Assembly: GCA_013359225.1 (NCBI GenBank)
Contig: JABWCG010000003.1
Span: 48,783-112,782, forward strand
Direction: 5' to 3'
Length of the DNA stretch: 64,000 nt
Source: Candidatus Buchananbacteria bacterium
Lineage (GTDB): Bacteria > Patescibacteriota > Patescibacteriia > Buchananbacterales > UBA6539
Shown here: positions 36,714 through 47,939 of the stretch, piece by piece
How positions within the stretch are numbered: position 1 is the first letter of the stretch
Layout: each line of letters starts with the position of its first letter
Notes under the pieces: generated by a model
The model's database searches: none
What the model saw: only the letters and a program-made list of their open reading frames with translations
Told to the model about the DNA's origin: nothing
Program-made: the position numbers and the translations under genes

Positions 36714-38537
36714 TTATTTTTTCTCCACAAAGATGGCTTCGAACTCTTCTTTTTCAAGTGTTTCTCGTTCCATTAATAACCGGACAATTTCTTCCATTTT
36801 ATCGCGATGCTTTCTGACAATTTCCAAGGCTGTTTTCATGGCGTTATCAATCAGTTTACTGATTTCCTGATCAATTGTTTCAGCGACTTTTTCGCTGTAA
36901 TCGCGCTGTTCCGTAATTTCCTTGCCCAAAAAGATTAATTCTTCTCGCTTGCCAAAAGTCCGGGGACCAAGCACTTCACTCATGCCATACTGCATAATCA
37001 GTTGCCGAGCAATTCTAGTTGCTTCACGTAAATCATTTGATGCACCGGTAGTCACTTCGCCAAATATCTCTTTTTCTGTCACGTGTCCGGCTAACAATAC
37101 AGCCAATTCATCAATAAACTCTGAGCGGGGTTTTAAGTATTTATCTTTCTGCGGCATCTTAAGAGTATAGCCAGCGGCCCGGCCGCGAGAGATAATCGAC
37201 ACTTTCTGAACCGGATCGGCATTTGGCAAAATATGCGCAACCAACGCATGACCGGCTTCATGATACGCGGTAATTTTTTTCTCTTCAGCTGAAAGATAAT
37301 GGCTCTTACGTTCAGGCCCCAAAATAACCTTCTCAATACTTTCCAAAATATCAAGCATCTCAATTTTTTTCTTATTTTTTCGAGCCGCAAAAATCGCCGC
37401 CTCATTAAGCAAATTATTAAGATCCGCTCCGGTGAAGCCAGGAGTTCGTTCGGCAATCCGGCGCAAGTCAACATCTTCGCCCAACGGTTTTTTCCGGGAA
37501 TGAACTTTCAAAATTGCTTCACGATCATCAATGCTCGGAGCGTCCAACACCACCCGTCGATCAAAACGACCCGGGCGCAGCAATGCCGCATCCAAAATGT
37601 CCGGCCGGTTAGTAGCGGCAATCACGATCACGTTGGTTGTGACATCAAAGCCGTCCATTTCCACTAAAATCTGATTAAGGGTCTGTTCCCGTTCGTCATT
37701 TGAACCGCCCAGACCGGCGCCACGCTGACGACCAACCGCATCAAGCTCATCAATAAAGACAATACACGGCGAATTGCGTTTGGCTTTGCGGAATAAATCA
37801 CGAACGCGCGAAGCGCCAACACCAACAAACATTTCAACGAATTCTGAACCAGAAATGCTAAAAAATGGCACATCGGCCTCGCCGGCGATCGCGCGAGCCA
37901 ATAACGTTTTTCCAGTTCCCGGAGGCCCTACCAACAACACACCTTTAGGAATACGGGCACCAAGGCTGATAAACTTTCGAGGCGTCTTTAAGAATTCAAC
38001 AATTTCAGTCAACTCTTCTTTAACCTCTTTGGCACCGGCAACATCACGAAATGTTACGCGGTTACGCTTATCTTGGGGATTAACTTCGCGAGCCCGAGAC
38101 TGTCCAAAAGTCATGGCTTTTGAGTTTGCTCCCTGAACTTGGCGCATCATCAGATAAATAAACCCGATTACCAACAGGAATGGCAAAATCAACGGCAACA
38201 AACTCACTAACCAATATTCCCAGCCGCTTTCTTTCTTGACTGAAATGTTAATGGCTTTCAATTTTTCAGGATCAGCCTGATAATTATTCAACAAATCACC
38301 GAGCGACTCTGTTGGTTCTTTTTGCACTTCAGCCAAAGAACCATCAGCCAACGTCACGGCAATTTTATCATTTGTCACTTCAATGCTCTTTACCTCTCCC
38401 TGGTTTATTTTTTCAACCATGCCAATAATCCCCAGAGGCTGTTTTTCCGCCTGCGGGGTGATATAGAAACTAAACATCGCCAAGATGACCAAGAATACAA
38501 TAAAAGTGACCGCTAAATTTTTTGCAAGATTTTTCAT
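36714..38537 (-). CDS. ftsH: ATP-dependent zinc metalloprotease FtsH
   Basis: 607 aa. Two N-terminal TM helices, AAA Walker A GPPGTGKT, second region of homology, HEAGHAL zinc site. Confidence 0.95.
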   Translation of the reverse strand: MKNLAKNLAVTFIVFLVILAMFSFYITPQAEKQPLGIIGMVEKINQGEVKSIEVTNDKIAVTLADGSLAEVQKEPTESLGDLLNNYQADPEKLKAINISVKKESGWEYWLVSLLPLILPFLLVIGFIYLMMRQVQGANSKAMTFGQSRAREVNPQDKRNRVTFRDVAGAKEVKEELTEIVEFLKTPRKFISLGARIPKGVLLVGPPGTGKTLLARAIAGEADVPFFSISGSEFVEMFVGVGASRVRDLFRKAKRNSPCIVFIDELDAVGRQRGAGLGGSNDEREQTLNQILVEMDGFDVTTNVIVIAATNRPDILDAALLRPGRFDRRVVLDAPSIDDREAILKVHSRKKPLGEDVDLRRIAERTPGFTGADLNNLLNEAAIFAARKNKKKIEMLDILESIEKVILGPERKSHYLSAEEKKITAYHEAGHALVAHILPNADPVQKVSIISRGRAAGYTLKMPQKDKYLKPRSEFIDELAVLLAGHVTEKEIFGEVTTGASNDLREATRIARQLIMQYGMSEVLGPRTFGKREELIFLGKEITEQRDYSEKVAETIDQEISKLIDNAMKTALEIVRKHRDKMEEIVRLLMERETLEKEEFEAIFVEKK

Positions 38538-38640
38538 AGTTAAGTCTTAAAGTAAAAAGTGGGCAAAGTTAATAACATTATACCCACTTTTTACCTTATT
38601 TTCAAGATTTATTTCTCTCAATAATACGCGAAAGAATCAC

Positions 38641-39840
38641 TTAATTAGCCGCCGGGTCTAAGGGTTTATCAGCCTTTGGCTGGGCCGCTGGCTTAACTTC
38701 GCCGGCCGGAGCCTGAGTTAACGCCTTAATACTTAAACCAAGACGATGATCTTTTGGTTCAATCGACAAAATTTTGAATTCACGCTCTTCACCAGGTTTG
38801 GCAATTTCGGTGGTATCGGTCACTGGCTTATGAGACAGCTCGGAAATATGCGCTAAACCATGAATATCCGGATCAAGCTCCACAAACAAGCCAAACGGAT
38901 TCACTTTTAAGACCTTGCCTTTAACAATCTGCCCAACCTGATACTTGCTGCCAACGTTAGTCCAGGGGTCGGCCTTAAGTTTTTTCATCGACAAAAAGAT
39001 TTTTGACCCTTCAACATTGATAATTTCGGCTTTAATCTTATCGCCGACTTTCACAAAGTCAGTCGGGTCGTCAATGCGCTGCCAAGCCAGTTCGGAAATG
39101 TGAACCAGCCCTTCAAGCTTATTATCGCCGAATTCAACAAAGACACCAAAATCAGTTACCGCCGTCACCTTGCCGTCAATCACGTCGCCAACTTTGTAGC
39201 TGGAAATCACATCCTTTTGTTTTTCTTCCCAACCGGCTTTCTCGGAAACGATTAACTTGTCTTCGCCTTCGTTGACATCAATAATCTTCACTTCAAAGTC
39301 TTTGCCGACATAGCTTTTTAGACGGTCAAGAATTTTATTCTTGTCGCCGCCAGGAACGCGGGGGTAATGTTCGGGCATTAATTGTGAAACGGGCAAAAAT
39401 CCAGGAATTTTTCCAACCTTAACCATCAAACCGCCCTTGTTAGCGTCCACAATAGTCGCCTTAACGATTTCACCGGCATCGCGCAACCCAGACAAGTTGT
39501 CCCAAGCCTTTTGATGTCCGGCAAAACGAAGCGAAAGCTCCATTTCACCGTTTTCGTTTTCCAACTCAATAACGGTGGCTTCAACTTCATCACCAACTTT
39601 TAAATTAGAATATTCGCTTGACTCATCATAAAACTCCCGGCCGCGAACGATACCGGTTGTTAGCCCATCAATATCCAAACGAATTTCTGAGCGCGAGATG
39701 TCAATGACCACCCCTTTAATAATATCGCCGATTTTTGGGATTTTAATAAAATCCCCCTCAGCTAACATCTTTCTAAACTGAGAGGATTGGTCTTTGACAG
39801 TTAGTTCTTCACTAATACCTTTTTTACTCTGTTCTGTCAT
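38641..39840 (-). CDS. rpsA: 30S ribosomal protein S1 (four S1 domains)
   Basis: 399 aa with repeated S1 OB-fold repeats (GDIIKGVV..., GEIVKATIV..., GDVIDGKVT..., GQIVKGKVL...). Confidence 0.8.
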   Translation of the reverse strand: MTEQSKKGISEELTVKDQSSQFRKMLAEGDFIKIPKIGDIIKGVVIDISRSEIRLDIDGLTTGIVRGREFYDESSEYSNLKVGDEVEATVIELENENGEMELSLRFAGHQKAWDNLSGLRDAGEIVKATIVDANKGGLMVKVGKIPGFLPVSQLMPEHYPRVPGGDKNKILDRLKSYVGKDFEVKIIDVNEGEDKLIVSEKAGWEEKQKDVISSYKVGDVIDGKVTAVTDFGVFVEFGDNKLEGLVHISELAWQRIDDPTDFVKVGDKIKAEIINVEGSKIFLSMKKLKADPWTNVGSKYQVGQIVKGKVLKVNPFGLFVELDPDIHGLAHISELSHKPVTDTTEIAKPGEEREFKILSIEPKDHRLGLSIKALTQAPAGEVKPAAQPKADKPLDPAAN

Positions 39841-40018
39841 AAAATTTTATTTAACCTTTGCCCAATAGCTGGCCAAAAGCCCCTTGTTGTCACTTAGCCA
39901 AGGATATATTAATTAATGTTAGCGTGACTAACCAAGCATATACCATATAAGGCAGTTTTGTCAAGACCTTAAAAGGTATGGTAAAATAGAGCTATAATTA
40001 TCAAAAATAAGCCAAAAA

Positions 40019-40549
40019 ATGTCCACTATCGATTCAAAATATTTAAAAAAAATCGTTGCCGGGGGTAAAAGCTATGTTCCCAGCAAAATTACCAAAGAGT
40101 TAAAGCAGGCCGGATTCAAAAGTTCGCTTTATGGCAAAGTCACCCAGGAACAGGCTGCCCGGGTTGTACGACATTTGCAGTCAAAAGGACTTTTATCAAA
40201 AAGTAAAAATGCTACCCAGCTCTACCAGGAAGCGACTAAAACCCAAACCGCCGACCAAGAGGCAATTCGGTTAGCCAAGGCCCAAAAACATATTCAAGCC
40301 AACATCAGAATTGATCTTGACCAAGAAATCGCCGCCGAAGAACGGGGGCAACAGTCTATCAATTATGACCCGCGCAGCGTCTTGGGACAAAATCTGGCTC
40401 AGCGCATTCAGCAAGAACAGCAGAATCGAGAAGAAAAAATCCAGGATGAACGCAAAAAACAAGATCAGCTAAAGGGGAAGAATCAGACTAAAAATTCCAG
40501 GCCACAGCCGATTGATTTGGCTAATCTGCCTGACATGGATATCGGCTAA
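40019..40549 (+). CDS. Hypothetical charged, low-complexity protein (Gln/Lys/Glu-rich)
   Basis: 176 aa. No TM. Composition is biased toward Q/K/E/A. Confidence 0.4.
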   Translation: MSTIDSKYLKKIVAGGKSYVPSKITKELKQAGFKSSLYGKVTQEQAARVVRHLQSKGLLSKSKNATQLYQEATKTQTADQEAIRLAKAQKHIQANIRIDLDQEIAAEERGQQSINYDPRSVLGQNLAQRIQQEQQNREEKIQDERKKQDQLKGKNQTKNSRPQPIDLANLPDMDIG

Positions 40550-40610
40550 AATATTGCCAAAAAAATATCTAATTTTAGCCAAAAAAAAATAGAATATTTT
40601 CTTGCCAATT

Positions 40611-40639
40611 TTCTATAATTTTGCTAAAATATAGGTGAC
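40611..40639 (+). promoter_or_regulatory. Putative sigma-70 promoter: TTGCCA, 17 nt spacer, TAAAAT
   Basis: Hexamers at 40611-40616 and 40634-40639, upstream of the MBL-fold gene. Confidence 0.35.
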
Positions 40640-40680
40640 AATTATGCGTCATTTTTTTAATTCTAAACCTACTTTTTTCT

Positions 40681-41328
40681 ATGTTTATTAACTGGCACGG
40701 ACAATCATGCTTCAAGCTAGTAGGGGATAAAACCACAGTGATAACCGACCCCTTTGATAATTCAATCGGCTTACGAGCCCCCCGGCTAGCTGGCGATATT
40801 GTAACCATCAGCCATGACCATGGCGACCACAATAACGTCGAGGGTGTTAAAGGCTTAAACCAAACAGAACCCTTTATTATCAAAGGACCTGGCGAATATG
40901 AGTATAAAAATGTTTTTGTCTATGGCATTGCATCATTTCACGACAACGAACGAGGTGCCAAGCGGGGGACTAACATTATCTACCGCATTGAGATTGACGG
41001 TATCACCATTACTCACCTGGGAGACCTTGGACATTTGCTGGAAAATGAACAGCTTGAAAAAATTGAGGGAACCGATATCCTACTTATCCCCGTTGGCGGA
41101 GACTACACGATTGACGGCAAACAGGCAACCAAGATTATCAGCGAACTTGAACCACGGATTGTGATTCCGATGCACTACCGCCTGCCTGGATTGAAAGTTA
41201 AAATTGATGGACTCGATACCTTCTGCAAGGAAATTGGCGTGTGTCCCAAAGAAGAATTGCCAAAGTTTAAAATTACTAAAAAAGATCTACCACAAGAAGA
41301 CCTGCAAGTCGTTTTGCTCCAGCCTTAA
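40681..41328 (+). CDS. MBL-fold metallo-hydrolase (UPF0173-like)
   Basis: 215 aa. HxHxDH motif ISHDHGDHNN. Beta-lactamase-fold hydrolase pattern. Confidence 0.8.
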   Translation: MFINWHGQSCFKLVGDKTTVITDPFDNSIGLRAPRLAGDIVTISHDHGDHNNVEGVKGLNQTEPFIIKGPGEYEYKNVFVYGIASFHDNERGAKRGTNIIYRIEIDGITITHLGDLGHLLENEQLEKIEGTDILLIPVGGDYTIDGKQATKIISELEPRIVIPMHYRLPGLKVKIDGLDTFCKEIGVCPKEELPKFKITKKDLPQEDLQVVLLQP

Positions 41329-41338
41329 ATAAACGTGT

Positions 41339-41773
41339 ATGGCGAACACCGAACAACCAGAAGACAGACCAAAATCAAAGTTTGACATTGAACGACTCTC
41401 TGAAACAACTAGAAAAAAAATATTTGGCATTTCAATTTTTGTTTTAACACTAACAATTGTCATTGCCTGGATTCCCAGTTTACAGTCAACACTAAACCAA
41501 ATTAGGTCCGGACCGAAAAAACCAATACTTGGAGAAGAAAATTTTGAAAAAATCCAAAACGACCTTAATACCATGATCAACCAAACCAAAGCTGATTACG
41601 AAGAAATTCAAAAAAAAATTGACCAACTAAATCAGCTTGCCGCTTCAAGCTCCGCGACGACCGTGGCCACTAGCACAAAACCTCTGGCCACATCAACCGC
41701 AACGTCCAGCCGCGAACTTAGTCCGGATGAAATGAAACTCTTAAAAGAAAAAATTTTAGAACAAATAGATTAA
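41339..41773 (+). CDS. Hypothetical membrane-anchored coiled-coil protein
   Basis: 144 aa. One TM helix (IFGISIFVLTLTIVIAWIP), then a helical and Ser/Thr-rich tail. Confidence 0.4.
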   Translation: MANTEQPEDRPKSKFDIERLSETTRKKIFGISIFVLTLTIVIAWIPSLQSTLNQIRSGPKKPILGEENFEKIQNDLNTMINQTKADYEEIQKKIDQLNQLAASSSATTVATSTKPLATSTATSSRELSPDEMKLLKEKILEQID

Positions 41774-41793
41774 CCAAACCTTTGTAACTACGT

Positions 41794-44313
41794 ATGCCCT
41801 CAAAAAAGAAACTTCCTATCAAACCAAAGCCGACTCTACACGACGACGCCGACACAAAAAACGATAACGGCGTTGGCCGGCTTGAAGCACGGCCGATTGT
41901 TGAAGAAATGCAGCAATCATACCTCGACTATGCGATGTCGGTGATTGTTGCCCGCGCCCTGCCTGATGTTCGTGATGGCTTAAAGCCGGTTCACCGCCGC
42001 ATTCTCTATGCAATGTGGAGCATTGGTCTACGACCAAGTGCTAAATTCCGCAAATCCGCTACGGTCGTCGGAGAAGTGCTTGGTAAATACCATCCGCACG
42101 GCGACGCTGCGGTCTATGACTCAATGGTGCGTATGGCGCAAGATTTTTCGTTACGCTATCCGCTCGTCAACGGTCAAGGTAACTTCGGCTCAATGGACGG
42201 CGATGGCGCAGCGGCCATGCGTTACACTGAGGCAAAGTTAGCCAAAGTTTCCGAAGAACTACTGGTTGATATTGAAAAAGATACTGTTAACTTCAGCCCT
42301 AATTACGACGGCTCACAAAAAGAACCAAACGTCCTGCCTGCCAAACTGCCAAACCTCTTAATCAACGGCACTATGGGTATCGCTGTTGGTATGGCCACCA
42401 GTATCGCCCCTCATAACTTGGGCGAAATTGTTGACGGCACTGTTCATCTGATCGAAAATCCCGATGCCACCGTTGATGATTTAATGAAATTCATTAAGGG
42501 TCCGGATTTTCCGACCGGCGGTATCATTTTTGATGTCAACGAACTCAGACAAATGTACGCCACCGGCAAAGGCGGGGTAGTGGTTCGGGCAAAGACTGAA
42601 ATTATTGAAGGCAAAGGCGAGACATTTAAGATTATTGTTTCGGAAGTGCCGTACCAAATTAACAAGGCAACCTTATTGGAAAAAATTGCCACGCTTGTCA
42701 AAGATAAAAAAATTGAGGGCATTAAAGATTTACGTGATGAATCAAACAAAGAAGGGGTTCGAATTGTCATTGAACTTAAAAAAGAATCATACCCGAAAAA
42801 AGTTTTAAATACTCTGTTTAAACTGACTGAGCTGCAAACAACTTTTCACTCAAACATGTTGGCCTTAGTCGACGGCATTCAACCCCGCGTTCTGACCTTA
42901 AAAATGATTTTGGAGGAATACCTAAAACATCGTCAGGAAGTGATTCGCCGCCGGACCGAATATGACCTCGCGAAAGCCAAAGATCGAGCCCATATTCTTG
43001 AGGGTTTAAAATTAGCCCTGGTAAAAATTGACGCTATTATCAAAACCATCAAAGAATCTAAAGATAAAGACGTTGCGAAAATTAACTTGATCAAAAAATT
43101 CAAGCTCTCCGATCGACAAGCAGTCGCTATTTTAGAAATGCGCTTGCAGCAATTAGCCAACCTTGAACGATTAAAAGTTGAACAAGAATTAAAAGAAAAG
43201 CTCGCTTTAATTAAAGAGCTAGAATCAATTTTGAAATCCGCAAAAAGAATTCTTGATATCATCAAAACCGAATTATTAGACATTAAGCAAAAATATAATA
43301 ACGACCGCCGAACCCAAATTGTCGCCCACGGTATCAAGAGCTTCTCAACCGAAGATTTGATCCCCAACGAAGATACAATTGTTACCTTGACCAAGGACGG
43401 TTACATCAAGCGCTTGCCGCCTGACACTTTCCGCACTCAAAGCCGCGGCGGTAAAGGCGTAACCGGATTAACCACCAAAGAAGAAGATATCGTTGAACAG
43501 TTCTTCGTGACTACCACTCACTCAGATATTTTATTCTTTACCACTCAAGGCAGAGTTTTCCAACTCAAAGCCTACGACATTCCCAAGGGTTCACGAACAG
43601 CCAAGGGCCAGGCGATTGTTAATTTTCTGCAACTGGCTCCCAACGAAAAAGTTTCAGCCGCCTTACCGCTCAGCGAACTAGGTGACTACAAATTCTTAAT
43701 GATGGTGACTAAAAAAGGAAACATCAAGAAAGTCGATATTAGTGACTTTGATAATATCCGCCGTTCCGGATTAATCGCCATTAAACTAAAGAAAGACGAC
43801 GAACTTGAATGGGTTAAGCCGTCCAGCGGCAAAGATGAAATTATTTTAGTCAGCGCCCAAGGCCAGGCGATTCGTTTCCGCGAATCACAGGTTCGGCCAA
43901 TGGGACGGGGGGCATCCGGCGTCCGGGGCATCCGGCTCAAGGGGTCTGACGTTGTGGTTAGTATGGACGTGGTTGACCCATCATTAAGCAAAGTCGGACA
44001 ACTGCTTACGATTATGGCCAACGGCTACGGCAAACGAAGCAGTCTGACTAACTATAAGACCCAAAGCCGCGGCGGTTCTGGTATTAAAACCGCTAAAATC
44101 ACGGCAAAAACCGGCGTCATAGTTTCCGCCACCATTGTTAACTCCAAAGCGGTTGAAGGCGACATTATCATTATTTCCGCCCGAGGCCAGGTTATCAGAC
44201 TACCTATGAAATCGGTTAATGTCTTGGGTCGCGCCACACAGGGGGTACGATTAATGAAGTTTAAAGACGACAAAGATCATGTTGCTTCAACAACCTTTGT
44301 CGAAATTGATTAA
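41794..44313 (+). CDS. gyrA: DNA gyrase subunit A
   Basis: 839 aa. [24 protein letters not shown] (active-site Tyr region and QRDR-like stretch), plus a C-terminal beta-pinwheel with GyrA-box-like repeats. Confidence 0.95.
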   Translation: MPSKKKLPIKPKPTLHDDADTKNDNGVGRLEARPIVEEMQQSYLDYAMSVIVARALPDVRDGLKPVHRRILYAMWSIGLRPSAKFRKSATVVGEVLGKYHPHGDAAVYDSMVRMAQDFSLRYPLVNGQGNFGSMDGDGAAAMRYTEAKLAKVSEELLVDIEKDTVNFSPNYDGSQKEPNVLPAKLPNLLINGTMGIAVGMATSIAPHNLGEIVDGTVHLIENPDATVDDLMKFIKGPDFPTGGIIFDVNELRQMYATGKGGVVVRAKTEIIEGKGETFKIIVSEVPYQINKATLLEKIATLVKDKKIEGIKDLRDESNKEGVRIVIELKKESYPKKVLNTLFKLTELQTTFHSNMLALVDGIQPRVLTLKMILEEYLKHRQEVIRRRTEYDLAKAKDRAHILEGLKLALVKIDAIIKTIKESKDKDVAKINLIKKFKLSDRQAVAILEMRLQQLANLERLKVEQELKEKLALIKELESILKSAKRILDIIKTELLDIKQKYNNDRRTQIVAHGIKSFSTEDLIPNEDTIVTLTKDGYIKRLPPDTFRTQSRGGKGVTGLTTKEEDIVEQFFVTTTHSDILFFTTQGRVFQLKAYDIPKGSRTAKGQAIVNFLQLAPNEKVSAALPLSELGDYKFLMMVTKKGNIKKVDISDFDNIRRSGLIAIKLKKDDELEWVKPSSGKDEIILVSAQGQAIRFRESQVRPMGRGASGVRGIRLKGSDVVVSMDVVDPSLSKVGQLLTIMANGYGKRSSLTNYKTQSRGGSGIKTAKITAKTGVIVSATIVNSKAVEGDIIIISARGQVIRLPMKSVNVLGRATQGVRLMKFKDDKDHVASTTFVEID

Positions 44314-44343
44314 AAATAATTTTTAAAGTACAATAATAATACT

Positions 44344-44547
44344 ATGCCAGTACCAGCCAAACGACGTTCAAGGTCTAAGGGCCGCAAGGGCCGAAGCCAT
44401 CTTGCACTAAAGTCAAAAAATTTGATTAAGTGTTCCAAGTGTGGCAAGCCTGCCATGCCGCACCGGGTTTGCCCGAATTGTGGCACATACCAGGGCCGAG
44501 AAATCGTCAAACCAAAAACTAAGAAGAAAAAGAAAGAAGCTAAATAA
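44344..44547 (+). CDS. rpmF: 50S ribosomal protein L32
   Basis: 67 aa. MPVPAKRRSRSKGRKGRSH... with a CxxC...CxxC zinc ribbon. Confidence 0.88.
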   Translation: MPVPAKRRSRSKGRKGRSHLALKSKNLIKCSKCGKPAMPHRVCPNCGTYQGREIVKPKTKKKKKEAK

Positions 44548-44566
44548 TATTTAATTTATTTTAGCT

Positions 44567-45016
44567 ATGTCTAATCGCCACCTGGCACGGACCATTGCTT
44601 TGCAAACCCTTTATCAGTGGGATTTCAATAATTATCAATCCGATCAGATTGACGAAACTATCAGGCGCAATCTTAAAGAATTTGCGCCTCAGTTTAATGA
44701 TAACGGTTTTATTGAAAACCTGGTTAAAGGCGTGGTTAAAAACCAAAAAGAAATCGACGGTTTAATCACCAAATATGCTCCAGAGTGGCCCTTGGAGCAG
44801 ATTACCATGGTAGACCGCAACGTTTTACGAATTGGTATCCAAGAAATGAAATATGATGATGACATTCCGGAAAAAGTAGCGATCAACGAGGCCATCGAAC
44901 TGGCAAAAACATTTGGTGGGGAATCAAGCGGCAAATTCGTCAACGGCGTATTAGGCACCATTTATAAAGAAATTCTCAAAGATCAGCCTCAGCCAAAGGA
45001 GGAACCTAAATCATAA
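44567..45016 (+). CDS. nusB: Transcription antitermination factor NusB
   Basis: 149 aa. [14 protein letters not shown] and an all-helical NusB pattern. Confidence 0.85.
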   Translation: MSNRHLARTIALQTLYQWDFNNYQSDQIDETIRRNLKEFAPQFNDNGFIENLVKGVVKNQKEIDGLITKYAPEWPLEQITMVDRNVLRIGIQEMKYDDDIPEKVAINEAIELAKTFGGESSGKFVNGVLGTIYKEILKDQPQPKEEPKS

Positions 45017-45086
45017 GCCAGGTGGTGGGAAATTGTGATACTAAGTTTTTAGCGTCTCAATTTGCCAAACATCTTCGTTAAAACTC

Positions 45087-45779
45087 ATGAAAGACCTATC
45101 ACGGCTAGAAAAAGACCTCAAAATCAAATTTCACAATCTTGATTTATTCACCCAGGCCTTTGTTCACCGCTCATACATTAATGAAAATCCAAACTTTCAT
45201 TTGGGACACAATGAACGTTTGGAATTTTTAGGCGATGCTGTCTTGGAGCTGGCCATCACCGAGCATCTATACCAAAATTACCCAAATCCGGAAGGAGAAC
45301 TGACCAACTGGCGAGCGAGTCTGGTAAATAGCCAAATGCTTTCAAAACTCGCCCAACAGCTCAATTTAGAAAAATACTTATACCTCAGCAAGGGTGAAGC
45401 CAAAGACACTAACAGTAAAGCTCGTAATTACATTTTGGCTAACTGCGTTGAAGCGCTAATTGGCGCAATCTACCTTGATTCCGGATATGCGGAAGCAAAA
45501 AAATTCGTGGATAAATTTTTCTTGCCAGAATTGCCGGCAATTTTGGAAAATAAGCTGTACCTGGACCCTAAAAGTAAATTCCAGGAAATCGCCCAGGAAA
45601 AAATGGGCATTACTCCTAGCTACAAAGTCTTAAAAGAAACCGGACCCGACCATAACAAGAAATTCCAGGTTGGAGTTTATTTGGGTGATGAACTAATAAC
45701 TACCAGCGTCGGCAGCAGCAAACAGGAAGCTCAGGTTAAGGCAGCGGCCAAGGGCTTAAAGAAAAAAAACTGGTCTTAA
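45087..45779 (+). CDS. rnc: Ribonuclease III
   Basis: 230 aa. RNase III signature NERLEFLGDAVLELAI, C-terminal dsRBD. Confidence 0.92.
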   Translation: MKDLSRLEKDLKIKFHNLDLFTQAFVHRSYINENPNFHLGHNERLEFLGDAVLELAITEHLYQNYPNPEGELTNWRASLVNSQMLSKLAQQLNLEKYLYLSKGEAKDTNSKARNYILANCVEALIGAIYLDSGYAEAKKFVDKFFLPELPAILENKLYLDPKSKFQEIAQEKMGITPSYKVLKETGPDHNKKFQVGVYLGDELITTSVGSSKQEAQVKAAAKGLKKKNWS

Positions 45780-45805
45780 ATTTTTCAATTATTAATTTTT
45801 AAAAT

Positions 45806-46849
45806 ATGAAAATAGACGATTTATTCAAAATCGCCGTTGAAAAAGGTGCCTCCGACCTGCACATTGTCGTTGGTATGCCCCCGATTTTGCGAATTGACGG
45901 CAACCTAACACCGATCAAAGGTGAAAACAAAATCACCAATAAAATCGCACAGGATTTAATCTTTCCAATGCTAACGGAAAAGCAAAAACAGATCTACGAT
46001 AAAGAAAAAGAGCTTGATCTGTCTTACGAAATCGAAAGCGGCCACCGGTTCCGCGTTAACCTTCATTGGGAAAAAGACAACTTTGGTTTGGTCGCCCGGG
46101 TTATTTCTTCCAAAATCCCCAGTATCCAGGATTTAAACATGCCGCCTATCACCACCAATCTGCTGAACATGAAGCAGGGATTAATTTTAGTCACCGGGCC
46201 AACTGGTTGCGGCAAATCAACGACCCTGGCAGCAATGGTTGAATACATTAATTCCACTCGCTCCTCACACATTGTTACCCTTGAAGATCCAATTGAGTTC
46301 TTGTTTAAATCAAACAAAAGCATCATCAAACAGCGCCAGCTTCACACCGACATGATTACTTTTGAGAGTGCCCTTGTCCATGTTTTGCGACAAGACCCAA
46401 ATGTCATCATGGTTGGTGAGATGCGCGACCTAAAAACAATTGCCGCAACTATCACCCTGGCAGAAACCGGCCACTTGGTCTTAGCAACTTTGCACACCCA
46501 CAATGCGGCACAAACCATTGACCGTATTATTGATATTTTTCCACCTCACCAGCAACAGCAAATTCGCTTGCAGGTTTCTATGACGTTAAATGCCATTATC
46601 TCTCAGCAGCTTATTCCAAAAGAAGGTGGTGGTCGCGTCGCCACGCGTGAGGTCTTGCTCAATATTCCGTCTATTTCCAACCTGATTCGAGAAAATAAAA
46701 TCGCTCAGATCAGAACGGTCTTACAAACCAGTGCCGAAGAGGGGATGATCACCATGGACCAAGATCTTATCAATCTGTTCAACGAAGGCTTAATTTCCAA
46801 AGAAACGGCTCAGGGACATATGCTAAACCCTGAAATGTTAAACGCCTAA
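45806..46849 (+). CDS. pilT: Type IV pilus retraction ATPase PilT
   Basis: 347 aa. ASDLHI, Walker A GPTGCGKSTT, Asp/His boxes, GMITMDQ C-terminal motif. Confidence 0.9.
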   Translation: MKIDDLFKIAVEKGASDLHIVVGMPPILRIDGNLTPIKGENKITNKIAQDLIFPMLTEKQKQIYDKEKELDLSYEIESGHRFRVNLHWEKDNFGLVARVISSKIPSIQDLNMPPITTNLLNMKQGLILVTGPTGCGKSTTLAAMVEYINSTRSSHIVTLEDPIEFLFKSNKSIIKQRQLHTDMITFESALVHVLRQDPNVIMVGEMRDLKTIAATITLAETGHLVLATLHTHNAAQTIDRIIDIFPPHQQQQIRLQVSMTLNAIISQQLIPKEGGGRVATREVLLNIPSISNLIRENKIAQIRTVLQTSAEEGMITMDQDLINLFNEGLISKETAQGHMLNPEMLNA

Positions 46850-46852
46850 AAT

Positions 46853-46893
46853 TAAAAGCCGCCTGTATAGCTTATACTCCAGGCGGTTTTTTA
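46853..46893. terminator. Bidirectional rho-independent terminator
   Basis: aaagccgcctg-tatagcttatactc-caggcggtttttt. Confidence 0.7.
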
Positions 46894-46900
46894 ATTAGTG

Positions 46901-47530
46901 CTACTTTTGAGGTTTGAAATAGCGATCAATTGCTAGTACTAAATCATCGGGGTGTTCAACCATTGTCTGATACACCTGGTCGGCAAAATACTCTTTAGGA
47001 TGAAAACCCCAGGTCACGGCTACAGCCGCAATGTTCGCCTTTGCCGCTTCACGTAAATCACCAACGGTATCAGTAACAAATAGACAATCCGGCCCAGTAA
47101 CGCCATATTCTGTCAGCACCATATTCATCTTCTCCACTTTACTGCGATGCACATCAGCGCCATATACTTTGTCAAACAAATGATGAATATTATGTAATTC
47201 CAGATACGAATGAATCGGGCTGGTGATTGAAGACGAAACCACGACCAAGGCATAGCGCTGGCCCAGTGCCGTTAATGCCTCAACCATCCCGGGAATAACT
47301 GGCAGGGTTAAAAGTTTTTTAGTGTATAAATTAAACCATTCGTCCTGATCAGTCACCTTGTTATTGCTGTCTTTATGGTGATCATCAACCGAATCATAGA
47401 TATTGCCCAAAAACATCTTGCGGTAATAATCGCGGTCAAATCCCAACTCAAGCTCCTCAACAATTGAATATGCTGCTTCAAAACTGTCAACTATTACCCC
47501 GTCAAAATCAAATAAAATAACCTTTTTCAT
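46901..47530 (-). CDS. HAD-superfamily hydrolase (phosphatase-like)
   Basis: 209 aa. Motif I FDFDGVIVDS, then conserved S/T, K and DD motifs. Confidence 0.8.
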   Translation of the reverse strand: MKKVILFDFDGVIVDSFEAAYSIVEELELGFDRDYYRKMFLGNIYDSVDDHHKDSNNKVTDQDEWFNLYTKKLLTLPVIPGMVEALTALGQRYALVVVSSSITSPIHSYLELHNIHHLFDKVYGADVHRSKVEKMNMVLTEYGVTGPDCLFVTDTVGDLREAAKANIAAVAVTWGFHPKEYFADQVYQTMVEHPDDLVLAIDRYFKPQK

Positions 47531-47692
47531 AGGTAATCATTATAACAATTTTAAATCGTCTGGCAAACTGCTTAAATTCCCAAGCAGTATATTTGGGGTT
47601 GATTTTTTTAAAGAATCATGATATGTTATTTGAGTTACAAATTATTCAGACACACCAGTGTAGCTTAACAAGGTGGCCCCGCCTTTTTCCCT

Positions 47693-47766
47693 GCGCCCGT
47701 AGCTCAATCGGATAGAGCGTTTGGCTTCGGACCAAAAGGTTAAAGGTTCGAGTCCTTTCGGGCGCG
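47693..47766 (+). tRNA. tRNA-Arg (anticodon TCG)
   Basis: Manually folded 74-nt cloverleaf. Acceptor gcgcccg/cgggcgc, D-arm gctc..gagc, anticodon stem tttgg/ccaaa with loop cTTCGga, T-arm aaagg-ttcgagt-ccttt. CCA is not encoded. Confidence 0.85.
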
Positions 47767-47821
47767 TGGAAAGAGGCTGGGCTCAGCCTGGGGTTAAAGA
47801 TAAACCCAGCTAACTTGGTAG

Positions 47822-47897
47822 GGGCGCATAGCTCAGTTGGTAGAGCAACTCCCTCTTAAGGAGATGGTCGAGGGTTCGAATCCCCCTGCGCCCACCA
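47822..47897 (+). tRNA. tRNA-Lys (anticodon CTT), CCA encoded
   Basis: Acceptor gggcgca/tgcgccc, D-arm gctcagttggtagagc, anticodon loop ctCTTaa, T-loop ttcgaat. One A-C mismatch in the T-stem. Confidence 0.8.
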
Positions 47898-47899
47898 AA

Positions 47900-47926
47900 T
47901 CAAATCGCCAGACCGGCGATTTTTTG
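47900..47926 (+). terminator. Rho-independent terminator after the tRNA pair
   Basis: aaatcgccagaccggcgattttttg. Confidence 0.7.
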
Positions 47927-47939
47927 ATATCATAAAAAC

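Noticed and set aside
47767-47821. Structured spacer between tRNA-Arg and tRNA-Lys (ggct-c-agcc and gggtt...aaccc hairpins)
   Set aside because: It is too short and non-specific. It is most likely a processing spacer of a dicistronic tRNA precursor rather than a separate element.
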